The notes: generated by a model from the letters alone, not told the origin. A stretch of 45,397 nucleotides of DNA from Candidatus Woesearchaeota archaeon (GCA_018221205.1 JAAOYF010000014.1:1-45397); one strand, 5' to 3'; positions 9,331 to 17,744 are shown, counted from the first letter of the stretch. Program-made: numbers and translations.

Positions 9331-9903
9331 TTATCTTTTCTTGACGACCGGCTCATCACCAGTAAGGTCAACAACAGTAGAAGGTCTTCCCTTTTTCTCA
9401 TCTTCATAGATCGCAAAAGCCATCTGCTTCGCGATATCAGGATGCAGGTCATCGATAGAAGTCATGAAGTCTTTACCTGACTTGTTGGCAGAGGTTGTGA
9501 CGCAAGGTCTTCCTAATCTCTCGACAGCTTCGCTGAACCAATGGTCAGGGATCCTCACCCCAAGTGTATCGAAATCACAATTCACATTAGGTGCGATGCA
9601 TTCTTTATTTTTCAGCTTAAGGATCAATGTATAAGGCCCAGGCAGTTTATTGACCCATTCTTTTGCCTTGCCATTGATATCACAATTGGTATAGATCCAA
9701 TCTTTGCTGGGAGCGATGACAGAGAAAGGGCTCTCATGCCTCTCCTTCACTTTTCTGATATTCTTGACAGCAGCCTCATGGGTGGCATCACAGCCTATAC
9801 CGTAGATAGTATCCGTCGGATGGATGAATAATACTCCATCTTCTATATTCTCTCTGAGATCATCAAACCCCACATTGAACTCATCTTTAGTCAGGACGTT
9901 CAT
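9331..9903 (-). CDS. tsaC: L-threonylcarbamoyladenylate synthase (single-domain TsaC/YrdC type)
   Basis: PTDTIYGIGCDA, KER, LPGPYTLIL, GVRIPDH, TTSANKSG and PSTVVD motifs; 190 aa, with no Sua5 C-terminal domain. Confidence 0.92.
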   Translation of the reverse strand: MNVLTKDEFNVGFDDLRENIEDGVLFIHPTDTIYGIGCDATHEAAVKNIRKVKERHESPFSVIAPSKDWIYTNCDINGKAKEWVNKLPGPYTLILKLKNKECIAPNVNCDFDTLGVRIPDHWFSEAVERLGRPCVTTSANKSGKDFMTSIDDLHPDIAKQMAFAIYEDEKKGRPSTVVDLTGDEPVVKKR

Positions 9904-9968
9904 ACTAGCACAAAATAGGAAGCGATTTAAAAATGTTGCTGTTCAGACAAAAGAAAAAATTATAGAAA

Positions 9969-10079
9969 TTATAAGGCTCCCATATAGCCGATCATAAATC
10001 CTTCTTCTGCAGAGTTGATCTCATCATCCTCTCGCAGCCCATAGATAGCTTCCTCATCATAAAACTCCTCTTCCATCAT
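9969..10079 (-). CDS. Small acidic protein, 36 aa (MMEEEFYDEEAIYGLREDDEINSAEEGFMIGYMGAL)
   Basis: Manual translation; strong Shine-Dalgarno AGGAGGTGA just upstream (10082-10090). Below the ORF-track cutoff. Confidence 0.75.
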   Translation of the reverse strand: MMEEEFYDEEAIYGLREDDEINSAEEGFMIGYMGAL

Positions 10080-10155
10080 GCTCACCTCCTAGTGTCAAAT
10101 TCCGTATCTGTTGGAAACAGAGGTTCCGTATCGTATCATGGCTCAAGTCTATCAT
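10057..10155 (-). CDS. Possible 32-aa leader/small ORF overlapping the acidic peptide
   Basis: MIDLSHDTIRNLCFQQIRNLTLGGEHDGRGVL, preceded by GGAGGT (10163-10168); no homology evidence. Confidence 0.35.
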   Translation of the reverse strand: MIDLSHDTIRNLCFQQIRNLTLGGEHDGRGVL

Positions 10156-10363
10156 AGTGAATACCTCCGGACAAGCAGGAAGGGGGTTTCTCCTGCTTAT
10201 CCTTACCCTAAATCATGGCCAAGCTCATTTATATATCTCACACACCCAAGAACAATGTCCAGTGCAAGTGCACAATGACCAATAGTGAAGAATTTGAAGG
10301 AATTAAACCTTAATCCTCTGTCCTGTGGTAAACTATATATACCACAACAACTATCGAAAAACT

Positions 10364-10636
10364 ATGAAGCGCGTAAAGATAATTGTCCAGGGCAGCGTTC
10401 AGGGCGTCTTCTTCAGATATTTCATCCAAAAGAATGCCTCCTCATTAGGCCTAAAAGGTACCGTAAAAAATCTAGATAATGATAAAGTAGAGATCATAGT
10501 AGAAGGAGAAGAGAACAGACTGAAAGCATTGATTCAACTCTGCCAGCAAGGACCTCCAGCTGCAGAAGTGGAAAAAGTAGATGTTGAATACCAAGATTAT
10601 GAAGGCAATCTCGAAGATTTCTCAGTGGATTATTAG
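10364..10636 (+). CDS. acyP: Acylphosphatase
   Basis: VQGSVQGVFFR, LGLKGTVKN and GPPAAEV motifs; start reassigned to ATG 10364. Confidence 0.93.
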   Translation: MKRVKIIVQGSVQGVFFRYFIQKNASSLGLKGTVKNLDNDKVEIIVEGEENRLKALIQLCQQGPPAAEVEKVDVEYQDYEGNLEDFSVDY

Positions 10637-11715
10637 AAATCAGCCAACGTTTTGGTTCTTTCTTTATACTCGACAATCGTCGTATTGCCTCCCTCGCCGG
10701 TGCTTTTCGTCAGGTTAACAAAGCCTTGCTCTTCCAATGCTTTAATCTTCCTCTGAAACGTCTTGTATACAGACTTCCCACCCGCTTCAGTATATAATCT
10801 AAACAGCTCTCCTATCTTTTTCTTAGAGTTCTTCTTCACGATGCTCAGGATGACTTTATCTTCATTTTTCAGGTCAGTGCTTCGAAGAGTCTCAAACTCA
10901 TCTCTTTTAGCAAGAGATTCCTTAGCATGGTCTGAAGTTATTTTTCGGGAAGCTTTGTTCTCCGCAGCATCTCCACAGTCTTTCAATAAATGGATACCGA
11001 CGCGAACATCTTGTAAGCTTGCAGCCTTTTGAACGACCATCTCAAATGCTTCGGTCTCCCAGACATCAGGAAAAAAAGCATATTCAAGCCTCTGCTTCAA
11101 TATGCCAGACATCTCATCAACATTATAGGGCTTGAATTCAATCAGCTCTGGCATCAATCTTGAGGTGATCCGATCGTCCATACCTTCTAAGTAAGTCCGG
11201 TAATTCGTGATTAAGATGATCGTCTTCCGGTAGATATCCTCCAGAAGGGTATAGATGAAATCACTATCTTCAGCTTTGTCGATCTCATCAAACACAAAAA
11301 CAACCTTTCTCTTGTTCAGCTGCTTCACGATCTCCTTGAACAATTCATCAGTCTTCTTATTCTGTGTAAAACGATAGCCAAGCTGCTCACAGATCTCAAT
11401 GACAACTTTATAGCTGGTATTCTTCTGCCAGCAATTGACATAGATAGGGATGATATCATCACTCTTCTCCTCAAGCTCTTGCAAGACCTTTTTGCAGGCA
11501 ACAGTCTTGCCCACTCCAGGAAGGCCATGGATAAGCAGATTCTTCCCATTTCTGTCAGAAAACAATGGTTGGACCGCAGCAGCAACTCTTCGCTGTTCCC
11601 CCTCTCTATAAGGGATGATCTTCGGGACAAATGCAAAGTCCAGAGCATCGATATTCTTGAACAGACTCTCATCCGCTTTCAATATCTTATCAAACACACC
11701 CATAGAAACAAGCAT
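10633..11715 (-). CDS. cdc6: Cdc6/Orc1 family AAA+ replication initiator
   Basis: FVPKIIPYRE, Walker A GLPGVGKT, YVNCW, Walker B FVFDEID, RITSRL, FKPY..EM..IL..R and a C-terminal winged helix. The start may be ATG 11703. Confidence 0.9.
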   Translation of the reverse strand: MLVSMGVFDKILKADESLFKNIDALDFAFVPKIIPYREGEQRRVAAAVQPLFSDRNGKNLLIHGLPGVGKTVACKKVLQELEEKSDDIIPIYVNCWQKNTSYKVVIEICEQLGYRFTQNKKTDELFKEIVKQLNKRKVVFVFDEIDKAEDSDFIYTLLEDIYRKTIILITNYRTYLEGMDDRITSRLMPELIEFKPYNVDEMSGILKQRLEYAFFPDVWETEAFEMVVQKAASLQDVRVGIHLLKDCGDAAENKASRKITSDHAKESLAKRDEFETLRSTDLKNEDKVILSIVKKNSKKKIGELFRLYTEAGGKSVYKTFQRKIKALEEQGFVNLTKSTGEGGNTTIVEYKERTKTLADF

Positions 11716-11734
11716 ATCTCAATGGTTTTTATAG

Positions 11735-12094
11735 TTAACGATGAAAGCTTCTGCCGCCGCATTTATGGCAGAACTTGTCAAAGTGCCTCATCACTGCTCC
11801 ACAATGTGAACAATATTTTACATTCTTGCCATGAGGCTGCTTAGGAGGATGATGCTCATGCACAGCATGCTGGTGATGCTGTCCTTTCTGGGAATAATTC
11901 TCTTTTGCCACTTTTGGCTTTGATCGCATCCCGGAAAACATCCGAAAACTGCCGAACAGAAGAAAACCAGCACCGACCCAGATGAACAGCATGAACTTCT
12001 GGACATCTAAGGACTCATTGACCGTGCCAACATAATAGGAAAAGCCGATAAGAAACGCTCCGACAAGCGCGAAAATGCTCCCAGGAATTCTCAT
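11735..12094 (-). CDS. Two-TM membrane protein with a C-terminal zinc ribbon
   Basis: Two hydrophobic helices, a His-rich linker and CSHC-x10-CHKC. Confidence 0.75.
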   Translation of the reverse strand: MRIPGSIFALVGAFLIGFSYYVGTVNESLDVQKFMLFIWVGAGFLLFGSFRMFSGMRSKPKVAKENYSQKGQHHQHAVHEHHPPKQPHGKNVKYCSHCGAVMRHFDKFCHKCGGRSFHR

Positions 12095-12119
12095 ATCCTT
12101 GTCTAAGAAAAAGCCTTAT

Positions 12120-13382
12120 TTAAACTTTTTTAATGCCGTTCATGTAGGGACGCAGCACTTTCGGAATAACGACGCTCCCATCTTTCTGTTGAAAATTCTC
12201 AATAATTGCCCGTAAGGCTCGAGAAGTCGCAATCGCAGTGCTATTCAGTGTATATACATACTCTTTTTCAGCACCCTTCTTATACTTGACATTCAATCTG
12301 ACTGCCTGATAACTTGTACAGTTTGAACAGGAAACTGCTTCCCTATATCTTTTCTCTCGGGGCATCCACACTTCCAGGTCATATTTTTTAGCAGCGACAA
12401 TGCCTATGTCTCCAGTACAGATATTCACGATCCGATAAGGCAGTTCCAATGCCTTGAACAGTTCCTCAGCATTCCCTATGAGCTCTTCAAAATGCTCCCA
12501 GGAATCCTCTGGCTTGCAGAAGATGAACTGCTCGACTTTATTGAACTGATGCACCCTGAACAGCCCCTTAGTATCAAGACCATGGCTGCCTATTTCCCGT
12601 CTGAAACAGGCACTCACTCCAGCATATTTGACAGGCAGCTTTTCAATAGTTTCATCCATGAATAATGCACCGATAGCATGTTCAGATGTCGCAATAAGAT
12701 ACAGGTCATCATTATCGATCTTATACATGACTTTCTCAAAATCCTCCAGGTCAGTTACTCCTTCATAAGGCTTTCTCCGCAGCATGAAAGGCGGCTCAAC
12801 TAACGTATATCCTTTCTCAACAAGGGAATCGATAGCGAATTTCTGCAATGCCAATTCAAGCAATTTGATCTTATCTTTCAGATAGTAGAAGCCGGCTCCG
12901 CTCACCATGGCAGCTTTCTTGAAATCAGCCTGATCGTTCTTCTCAAGCCATTCCCCATGGCTTATGAGCTCGAAATCATGCTCTTTTTTCTTCCCTACTT
13001 CTCTGATGACTTCATTTTCAGTATCATCCTTGCCTATGGGGACGCTTTCATGTAATATATTAGGCAGCCGCATCCTTTTCCCTTTGATCTCTTGAGCAAG
13101 CTTCCCGCTTTTTTCCTCTAAACTCTTGATCTTTTCAGGGATGGATTTAGCTTCAGCTAATTTCTCAGAGATATCCTTGCCAGCTTTCTTCAGTTCATTG
13201 ATATCTGCAGTGAGCTTGTTTCGGGTATGCCTTAATTTCTGGGATTCCTGCAATAATTCCCGATAAGAAGCATCTTTTGTGATGATCTCATCTACCCAGG
13301 AGAGCTTTTCATTGTCCCCTCTCTTCTCAAGATCCTTGCGAATGATCTCAGGATGCTCCCGGATAAATTTCATGTCAAGCAT
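12120..13382 (-). CDS. serS: Serine--tRNA ligase (standard type)
   Basis: MLDMKFIRE start at 13382, coiled-coil arm, LIATSEH, CFRREIGSHG, FRVHQFNKVEQF, EAVSCSNC and TLNSTAIA motifs. Confidence 0.97.
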   Translation of the reverse strand: MLDMKFIREHPEIIRKDLEKRGDNEKLSWVDEIITKDASYRELLQESQKLRHTRNKLTADINELKKAGKDISEKLAEAKSIPEKIKSLEEKSGKLAQEIKGKRMRLPNILHESVPIGKDDTENEVIREVGKKKEHDFELISHGEWLEKNDQADFKKAAMVSGAGFYYLKDKIKLLELALQKFAIDSLVEKGYTLVEPPFMLRRKPYEGVTDLEDFEKVMYKIDNDDLYLIATSEHAIGALFMDETIEKLPVKYAGVSACFRREIGSHGLDTKGLFRVHQFNKVEQFIFCKPEDSWEHFEELIGNAEELFKALELPYRIVNICTGDIGIVAAKKYDLEVWMPREKRYREAVSCSNCTSYQAVRLNVKYKKGAEKEYVYTLNSTAIATSRALRAIIENFQQKDGSVVIPKVLRPYMNGIKKV

Positions 13383-13466
13383 ATCTGGCAACAATCCCAC
13401 GTAGTTTATAATCTTTTTCCAAAATATTAATAAACCGCTCTTCCTGATTACTATAAAAAAGGGGAA

Positions 13467-14558
13467 ATGATGAAGAAAGCGCAGCAAGCTGTAGAGTTTC
13501 TTATGAATTACGGTTGGGCCCTAATCATATTCCTCCTCATTGTTGCAGTATTGACTTACGCAGGGGTCCTTAACTGGGCATTCCTCTCTCCCCGCACATG
13601 CATCTTTCCAGCAGGCATCTCATGCCGGGATTTCGAGATCAGGCAGACAGATGACGAGATAGCCATCGCCTTCAAGAACAGTTTAGGTGCGGATATAACA
13701 GATGTCTCTATCTTCATTCCAGGGTGCGTCGGTGACGGCCCTCTGCTCAACATCAAGAACGATGATAGATTCATAGGCATCATGACAGACTGCCCTGTAA
13801 CAGATGGGGTGGTGGATACTCCTGCCTTCGTGAGATATACCAATATCCAATCAGGCCTCACCTTCACTGTAGAAGGGCACCTCCAGACCCGGGTCGGCTG
13901 GGGCAAGCAGTCCTCTTCCATAGGTAATGATCCAGTGAGCTGTCCGGTCCCCTTACCAGTATGTAGAGACGGAAACATAGAAGATAACGCCTGCATCTTC
14001 ACCTTCACTCCTGAAAGTCAGAACCACCCAGCATGCACAGAAGTATGCGACGGCAGCGGTAATTGTGTAGAGTGCACCACAAAAACGCACTGCGCAACAA
14101 AATTTATCGGAACAGATGACAATTGGGAATGCATTGATTACACTTGTGTACCAGTTCCATTAGCACAAGGCGAGATACTGTCTGTGACCATACAAGGAGC
14201 CGCTGATCATTGGTTCTCAGGAGTAGAACCGTTCCAGCAAAACTGGAAAGATTTTGGATATGCAGTGTTTGTGACTGAACAAGCTGCAGGTTGCTTAACA
14301 GGCTCAAATTGTGGGACAATTGAAGAGATTCGAACTACCTGCTGGAACGACTGCCCAGTTGATTCAGGCCAGGACTGCATGCAGATCGCTGCAACAATAG
14401 CAGAAACACCTTTTACAGAAGCAGTATGCGCTGGAACAGGTTTCGGTCCTGCCAATGCCAATACAAAACAAGACTGTACGCTCAACGAAGAATATTTCAT
14501 CTATGAAAATCCCTGCGCATGCTTTGTAGCATGGGAAAAGCCCTGGTTGTGTCCATAA
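13467..14558 (+). CDS. Class III signal-peptide (type IV pilin-like) protein with a Cys-rich C-terminal extension
   Basis: KKAQ/QAVEFLMNYGWALIIFLLIVAVL prepilin-like N-terminus; 24 Cys counted in 363 aa. Confidence 0.8.
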   Translation: MMKKAQQAVEFLMNYGWALIIFLLIVAVLTYAGVLNWAFLSPRTCIFPAGISCRDFEIRQTDDEIAIAFKNSLGADITDVSIFIPGCVGDGPLLNIKNDDRFIGIMTDCPVTDGVVDTPAFVRYTNIQSGLTFTVEGHLQTRVGWGKQSSSIGNDPVSCPVPLPVCRDGNIEDNACIFTFTPESQNHPACTEVCDGSGNCVECTTKTHCATKFIGTDDNWECIDYTCVPVPLAQGEILSVTIQGAADHWFSGVEPFQQNWKDFGYAVFVTEQAAGCLTGSNCGTIEEIRTTCWNDCPVDSGQDCMQIAATIAETPFTEAVCAGTGFGPANANTKQDCTLNEEYFIYENPCACFVAWEKPWLCP

Positions 14559-15199
14559 TGAACAAAGAACTCGTTGAAAAGATCCGGAAACAGCTGAGAG
14601 AGGGAAAATCTCAGAGTGAGATAAAATCTAACTTTGTACATAGAGGGAACGACATCCTTCAGGTAGAGTCAGCAATTAGCGACGCACTTTTTCGGAATAG
14701 GATAATGGAGGCTGAGGCCCATCCGAAACATGTAAGCAAGAAACTCCTGATGGTAGCATTGATATTGCTTCTTGGCGTCACATTGTTCCTTCAGACAGAT
14801 ACGATCAGAGAAGAGGATCCATTGGAGTTTCTTAATGAGACATTCACGGATCGCGATACTCCTCTCACCGAAGAAGAGATAGGGGAGCTTAAGGAAAAAG
14901 GTATCGATGTTTCACTCTTGGCGAGATTAGGGGGAGATAGCAGCGACTCAATCGATCCGAGGGCTGAAGTAAGATGGTGTACAACAAATGCAGTCTGGAC
15001 AGACCCCATAGTAGATTCAGATGATCCATTGATTGTTCGAGGTTTTGTGGCCTATGGCACAACAAATATCTGCCACGCTTCCCCGGATAAGGCCCCTAGG
15101 CTGGGATATTATTTCACCAAAAACAATAATTTCATCTGGGAGCTCCGCATGATTGACGGCGGTCTTGACAAATTCCAGATCAAACCTTTACTTTCTTAA
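14558..15199 (+). CDS. Single-pass membrane hypothetical protein
   Basis: Start reassigned to the ATG in the TAATG overlap at 14556-14560; N-terminal helical domain followed by TM LLMVALILLLGVTLFL. Confidence 0.7.
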   Translation: MNKELVEKIRKQLREGKSQSEIKSNFVHRGNDILQVESAISDALFRNRIMEAEAHPKHVSKKLLMVALILLLGVTLFLQTDTIREEDPLEFLNETFTDRDTPLTEEEIGELKEKGIDVSLLARLGGDSSDSIDPRAEVRWCTTNAVWTDPIVDSDDPLIVRGFVAYGTTNICHASPDKAPRLGYYFTKNNNFIWELRMIDGGLDKFQIKPLLS

Positions 15200-17230
15200 G
15201 ATGATATAGATAGAGACTCCAAAGAAAAGGATGATGAACGTTAGATAGACCCAAGGCGTGAAGAATTTCCTCTCCATCTGGTTGATCCAAACCAGGACCC
15301 TCTCCATAGTGCTCAATCCAGTCAATTCAATCATGGTCTGAGTATTCTCACTGTAGCTATTCCCGTCTTTATCCTTATAATTCACGATGATCCGAAGGTC
15401 ATTCTCTCCAGCTTTCAGATCTTTTCCTTTCATATCAACGACAATCTGCCTGTTCCCCACCAATTCCTCGATGTTCCATGTCCGTTGATAATCATCATGA
15501 TCGAGGATGATCTCAATATCATAGGCATTTCCGTAAGAATCTTTTTTCAATACAAACTCTAGTACATATTCATCCTTGTAACCAATAGTAACAGGATGCT
15601 GTATCTCCACAATCTCCACGGACGGCTTTTCCAGGACCCGATAAGAGATCCGTTGTGTTCCCAGGACCTCATCTGAGCGTATCATCATGACCGCTTCCCG
15701 CTTTCCCGGTTCATTCCCAGGCAGAGTAAATGAAACTTTTTTCTCCTGAGCTATTCCCAGGCTCAATTCCTGACAGCTCTTATCAAGGCAGATAGACAAT
15801 TTCTCAAAGAAGGTATTTCCTTCGTTCACCACATCACATCTCAAGATGCTCTCTTCCCCTAGATAAAATTCCTCTTTGGCCAGGACACATTCCAAAGCAA
15901 TATCTTTAGCATAGCTTTTGCCATTGCTCTCCTGCCTCTCTTGTAGGATATCCTCGATATCATTCCTGCTCAGGATGACTTCATCAGGATGCACCAGGAA
16001 TGAGCCTTTCTGGCTGACATTCTGCGCTGTATAGATCAAAACAGGGAAAGTATAATAATATCCCTCTTCCAGTTGGCCAATACGGACAATCCAGGAGACC
16101 TCTTTCTCCTCACCAGGCTCCAAGACAACAAATCGAGCACCATTATCTTCAACAATCATATCTTTTGATTTCACAAGGCGCAATTCTTCAGAGACATAGT
16201 AATCATTGGTATTTTTCACAAAGGCATTGATAAGATTGTATGAATTGAATCCGATGCTTCCCCTCTCAGCAACTACCTGAAGGGTGATGCCTGTTTCTAT
16301 ATCTCCTTCAAAATCAAGAAGAGTGGTGTCAAAATCAATGATGCTTGTCCTTACTTCAACACTCTTTCCCAGCCAGCTTAATCCGACCGCGGGCTCGGTT
16401 GCATCCACACTCTCCCTTAATTTGATATGAGTAGGATCGATAAAGCCCAGTTGCCCATAGGTAACATCATAGGCGACCCAGCCATAATCAGGGAAATACA
16501 CCTCTGCCCAGCCATGTGCCCCCCATTTCTCAGGAAACAGCGGTGACTCAGTATATGCTATTCCGGACACAAATCTGGCAGGAATCCCCAGGCTGCGGGC
16601 CATCGCGAGAAACAAATTTGTCAATTCATCACAGACCCCCTTCCTTTCCCGCAACACCCAAGATGCAGGTTGGGCAACAGATGCAGTAAGTGTGCTGAGG
16701 TTATATTGGATATTGGTGCCAGACCATGCAGCCAGTTTATGGACAGCTCTGAACAGATCATCCTCTCCGCTTGCTAGAGTACTGGCTAAGATGATGATAT
16801 CTCCATTATCAGAATCGATAGTAGCAGAGGGCAGGGTATACTTCCTCAATTCTCTGGGAATGTTTTCGATAGGAAAATCAACCTTCCCCTTCACTTTGTT
16901 GCGCACACTCTTCAATCGCACATCTGTATCGATCAAGAAAGAATACTCTCCGAAATAAGGTCTGTCCCAGAAAAAAGGCACAACACCGTTCTGGACATTC
17001 GTCTCAGGATTAGTGGTAAAGCGCAATATCTCTTGCCGATGATCTTCAATAGGGAAGAACGAGACATTCGCTCCGATATATTTGATCAAGGCACCTGCCC
17101 TCTCTTCCTCAACGATAAAGTCGCTCGAGATCTTCACATTCACATCAACGGTGTCAGCGTGGAAGAACCATTGGGCATAGCTATAAGGGACAAGCACTAG
17201 GAGAAATACTATCACCAAACTTTTTTTCAT
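15188..17230 (-). CDS. Membrane-anchored extracellular transglutaminase-like domain protein
   Basis: Signal peptide; Cys-His-Asp triad context GVCDELTNLF..ARSLGIPARFVSG..HGWAEVY..GWVAYDVT; Ig/CARDB-like beta domains; C-terminal TM helix. Confidence 0.88.
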   Translation of the reverse strand: MKKSLVIVFLLVLVPYSYAQWFFHADTVDVNVKISSDFIVEEERAGALIKYIGANVSFFPIEDHRQEILRFTTNPETNVQNGVVPFFWDRPYFGEYSFLIDTDVRLKSVRNKVKGKVDFPIENIPRELRKYTLPSATIDSDNGDIIILASTLASGEDDLFRAVHKLAAWSGTNIQYNLSTLTASVAQPASWVLRERKGVCDELTNLFLAMARSLGIPARFVSGIAYTESPLFPEKWGAHGWAEVYFPDYGWVAYDVTYGQLGFIDPTHIKLRESVDATEPAVGLSWLGKSVEVRTSIIDFDTTLLDFEGDIETGITLQVVAERGSIGFNSYNLINAFVKNTNDYYVSEELRLVKSKDMIVEDNGARFVVLEPGEEKEVSWIVRIGQLEEGYYYTFPVLIYTAQNVSQKGSFLVHPDEVILSRNDIEDILQERQESNGKSYAKDIALECVLAKEEFYLGEESILRCDVVNEGNTFFEKLSICLDKSCQELSLGIAQEKKVSFTLPGNEPGKREAVMMIRSDEVLGTQRISYRVLEKPSVEIVEIQHPVTIGYKDEYVLEFVLKKDSYGNAYDIEIILDHDDYQRTWNIEELVGNRQIVVDMKGKDLKAGENDLRIIVNYKDKDGNSYSENTQTMIELTGLSTMERVLVWINQMERKFFTPWVYLTFIILFFGVSIYIILRK

Positions 17231-17309
17231 ACTCTTCCTTTATAAGGCTCGTATATAAAATTTACCCCGAAAAGACAGAAAGAATAGAATCAGGACAGTG
17301 ACGCCGGCT

Positions 17310-17417
17310 GCCTTAGGGGGCTTTATGCCCCCTTTGTGCTCCTACAAGAATCAAAGATTCTTGAGGTTCCGAAATCATTTGATTTCGGTAACTTTGCCGA
17401 GGATTTTGAAAATCCTC
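17310..17417 (+). repeat. Four-hairpin element, copy 1 (REP/MITE-like)
   Basis: Hairpins at 17315-17333, 17345-17363, 17369-17388 and 17399-17417; shares GCCTT, CCCCTTTGTGCTC and GAAATC..GATTTC with copy 2. Confidence 0.75.
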
Positions 17418-17420
17418 ACA

Positions 17421-17434
17421 AAAACCTTTTAAAC
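17421..17434 (+). promoter_or_regulatory. Putative BRE/TATA box of the tRNA-Ser transcript
   Basis: AAAACC-TTTTAAAC, about 25 bp upstream of the first GCCGAGG copy at 17459. Confidence 0.55.
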
Positions 17435-17453
17435 TAAATAGTCGTTCTTGACA

Positions 17454-17534
17454 TCCATGCCGAGGTCGCACACGTTAAGATTTTGCTGACGCAAAATCCA
17501 CTGGCGCGACTCGTCATTCCATGCCGAGGTCGCA
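17454..17534 (+). repeat. 17-bp direct repeat of the tRNA 5' end flanking a 47-bp hairpin insert
   Basis: TCCATGCCGAGGTCGCA at 17454-17470 and 17518-17534; the insert contains GATTTTGC-TGAC-GCAAAATC. Confidence 0.85.
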
Positions 17535-17606
17535 TAACCTGGTATTGCGCAGGATTGCTAATCCTGTTTCCTCACGGATATGTGGGTTCAAATCCCATCC
17601 TCGGCG
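17523..17606 (+). tRNA. tRNA-Ser (anticodon GCT), no encoded CCA
   Basis: Acceptor stem GCCGAGG/CCTCGGC, anticodon arm CAGGA-TTGCTAA-TCCTG, long variable arm TCC-TCAC-GGA, T arm GTGGG-TTCAAAT-CCCAT, discriminator G. Confidence 0.95.
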
Positions 17607-17607
17607 T

Positions 17608-17737
17608 AGCCTTGGGGAACTTTTAGTTCCCCTTTGTGCTCTTCTACGAGATACTGAGAAACTCAAAGAGTTTCTGGTATGCTCAGAAATCTTCGATTTC
17701 TGACATCTTTGAAAGACCTCAAGACCATCCTCGGCGT
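17608..17737 (+). mobile_element. Four-hairpin element, copy 2, flanked by a 13-bp duplication of the tRNA 3' end (putative non-autonomous element)
   Basis: CCATCCTCGGCGT at 17595-17607 and 17725-17737; hairpins at 17614-17632, 17657-17675, 17683-17703 and 17706-17716. Mobility is inferred. Confidence 0.6.
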
Positions 17738-17744
17738 TTTTTTT
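17737..17744 (+). terminator. Oligo-T archaeal terminator of the tRNA transcript
   Basis: T8 tract directly following the duplicated tRNA 3' end. Confidence 0.55.

Noticed and set aside
10100..10270. Replication origin (ORB-like TCTGTTGGAAACAGAGG and TCCAGTGCAAG) near cdc6
   Set aside because: The matches are weak and not repeated, lie downstream of cdc6 beyond acyP, and are partly explained by small ORFs. It cannot be excluded without skew analysis.
13383..13487. N-terminal extensions in track ORFs for serS (also acyP, 5459 and 14519)
   Set aside because: The extensions run through promoter regions or adjacent genes; downstream ATGs match family N-termini or stop/start overlaps.
17595..17737. 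attL/attR of a provirus or integrative element
   Set aside because: Only 117 bp lie between the repeats and there is no integrase in the window. It is kept as a mini-insertion, although a deletion scar is possible.
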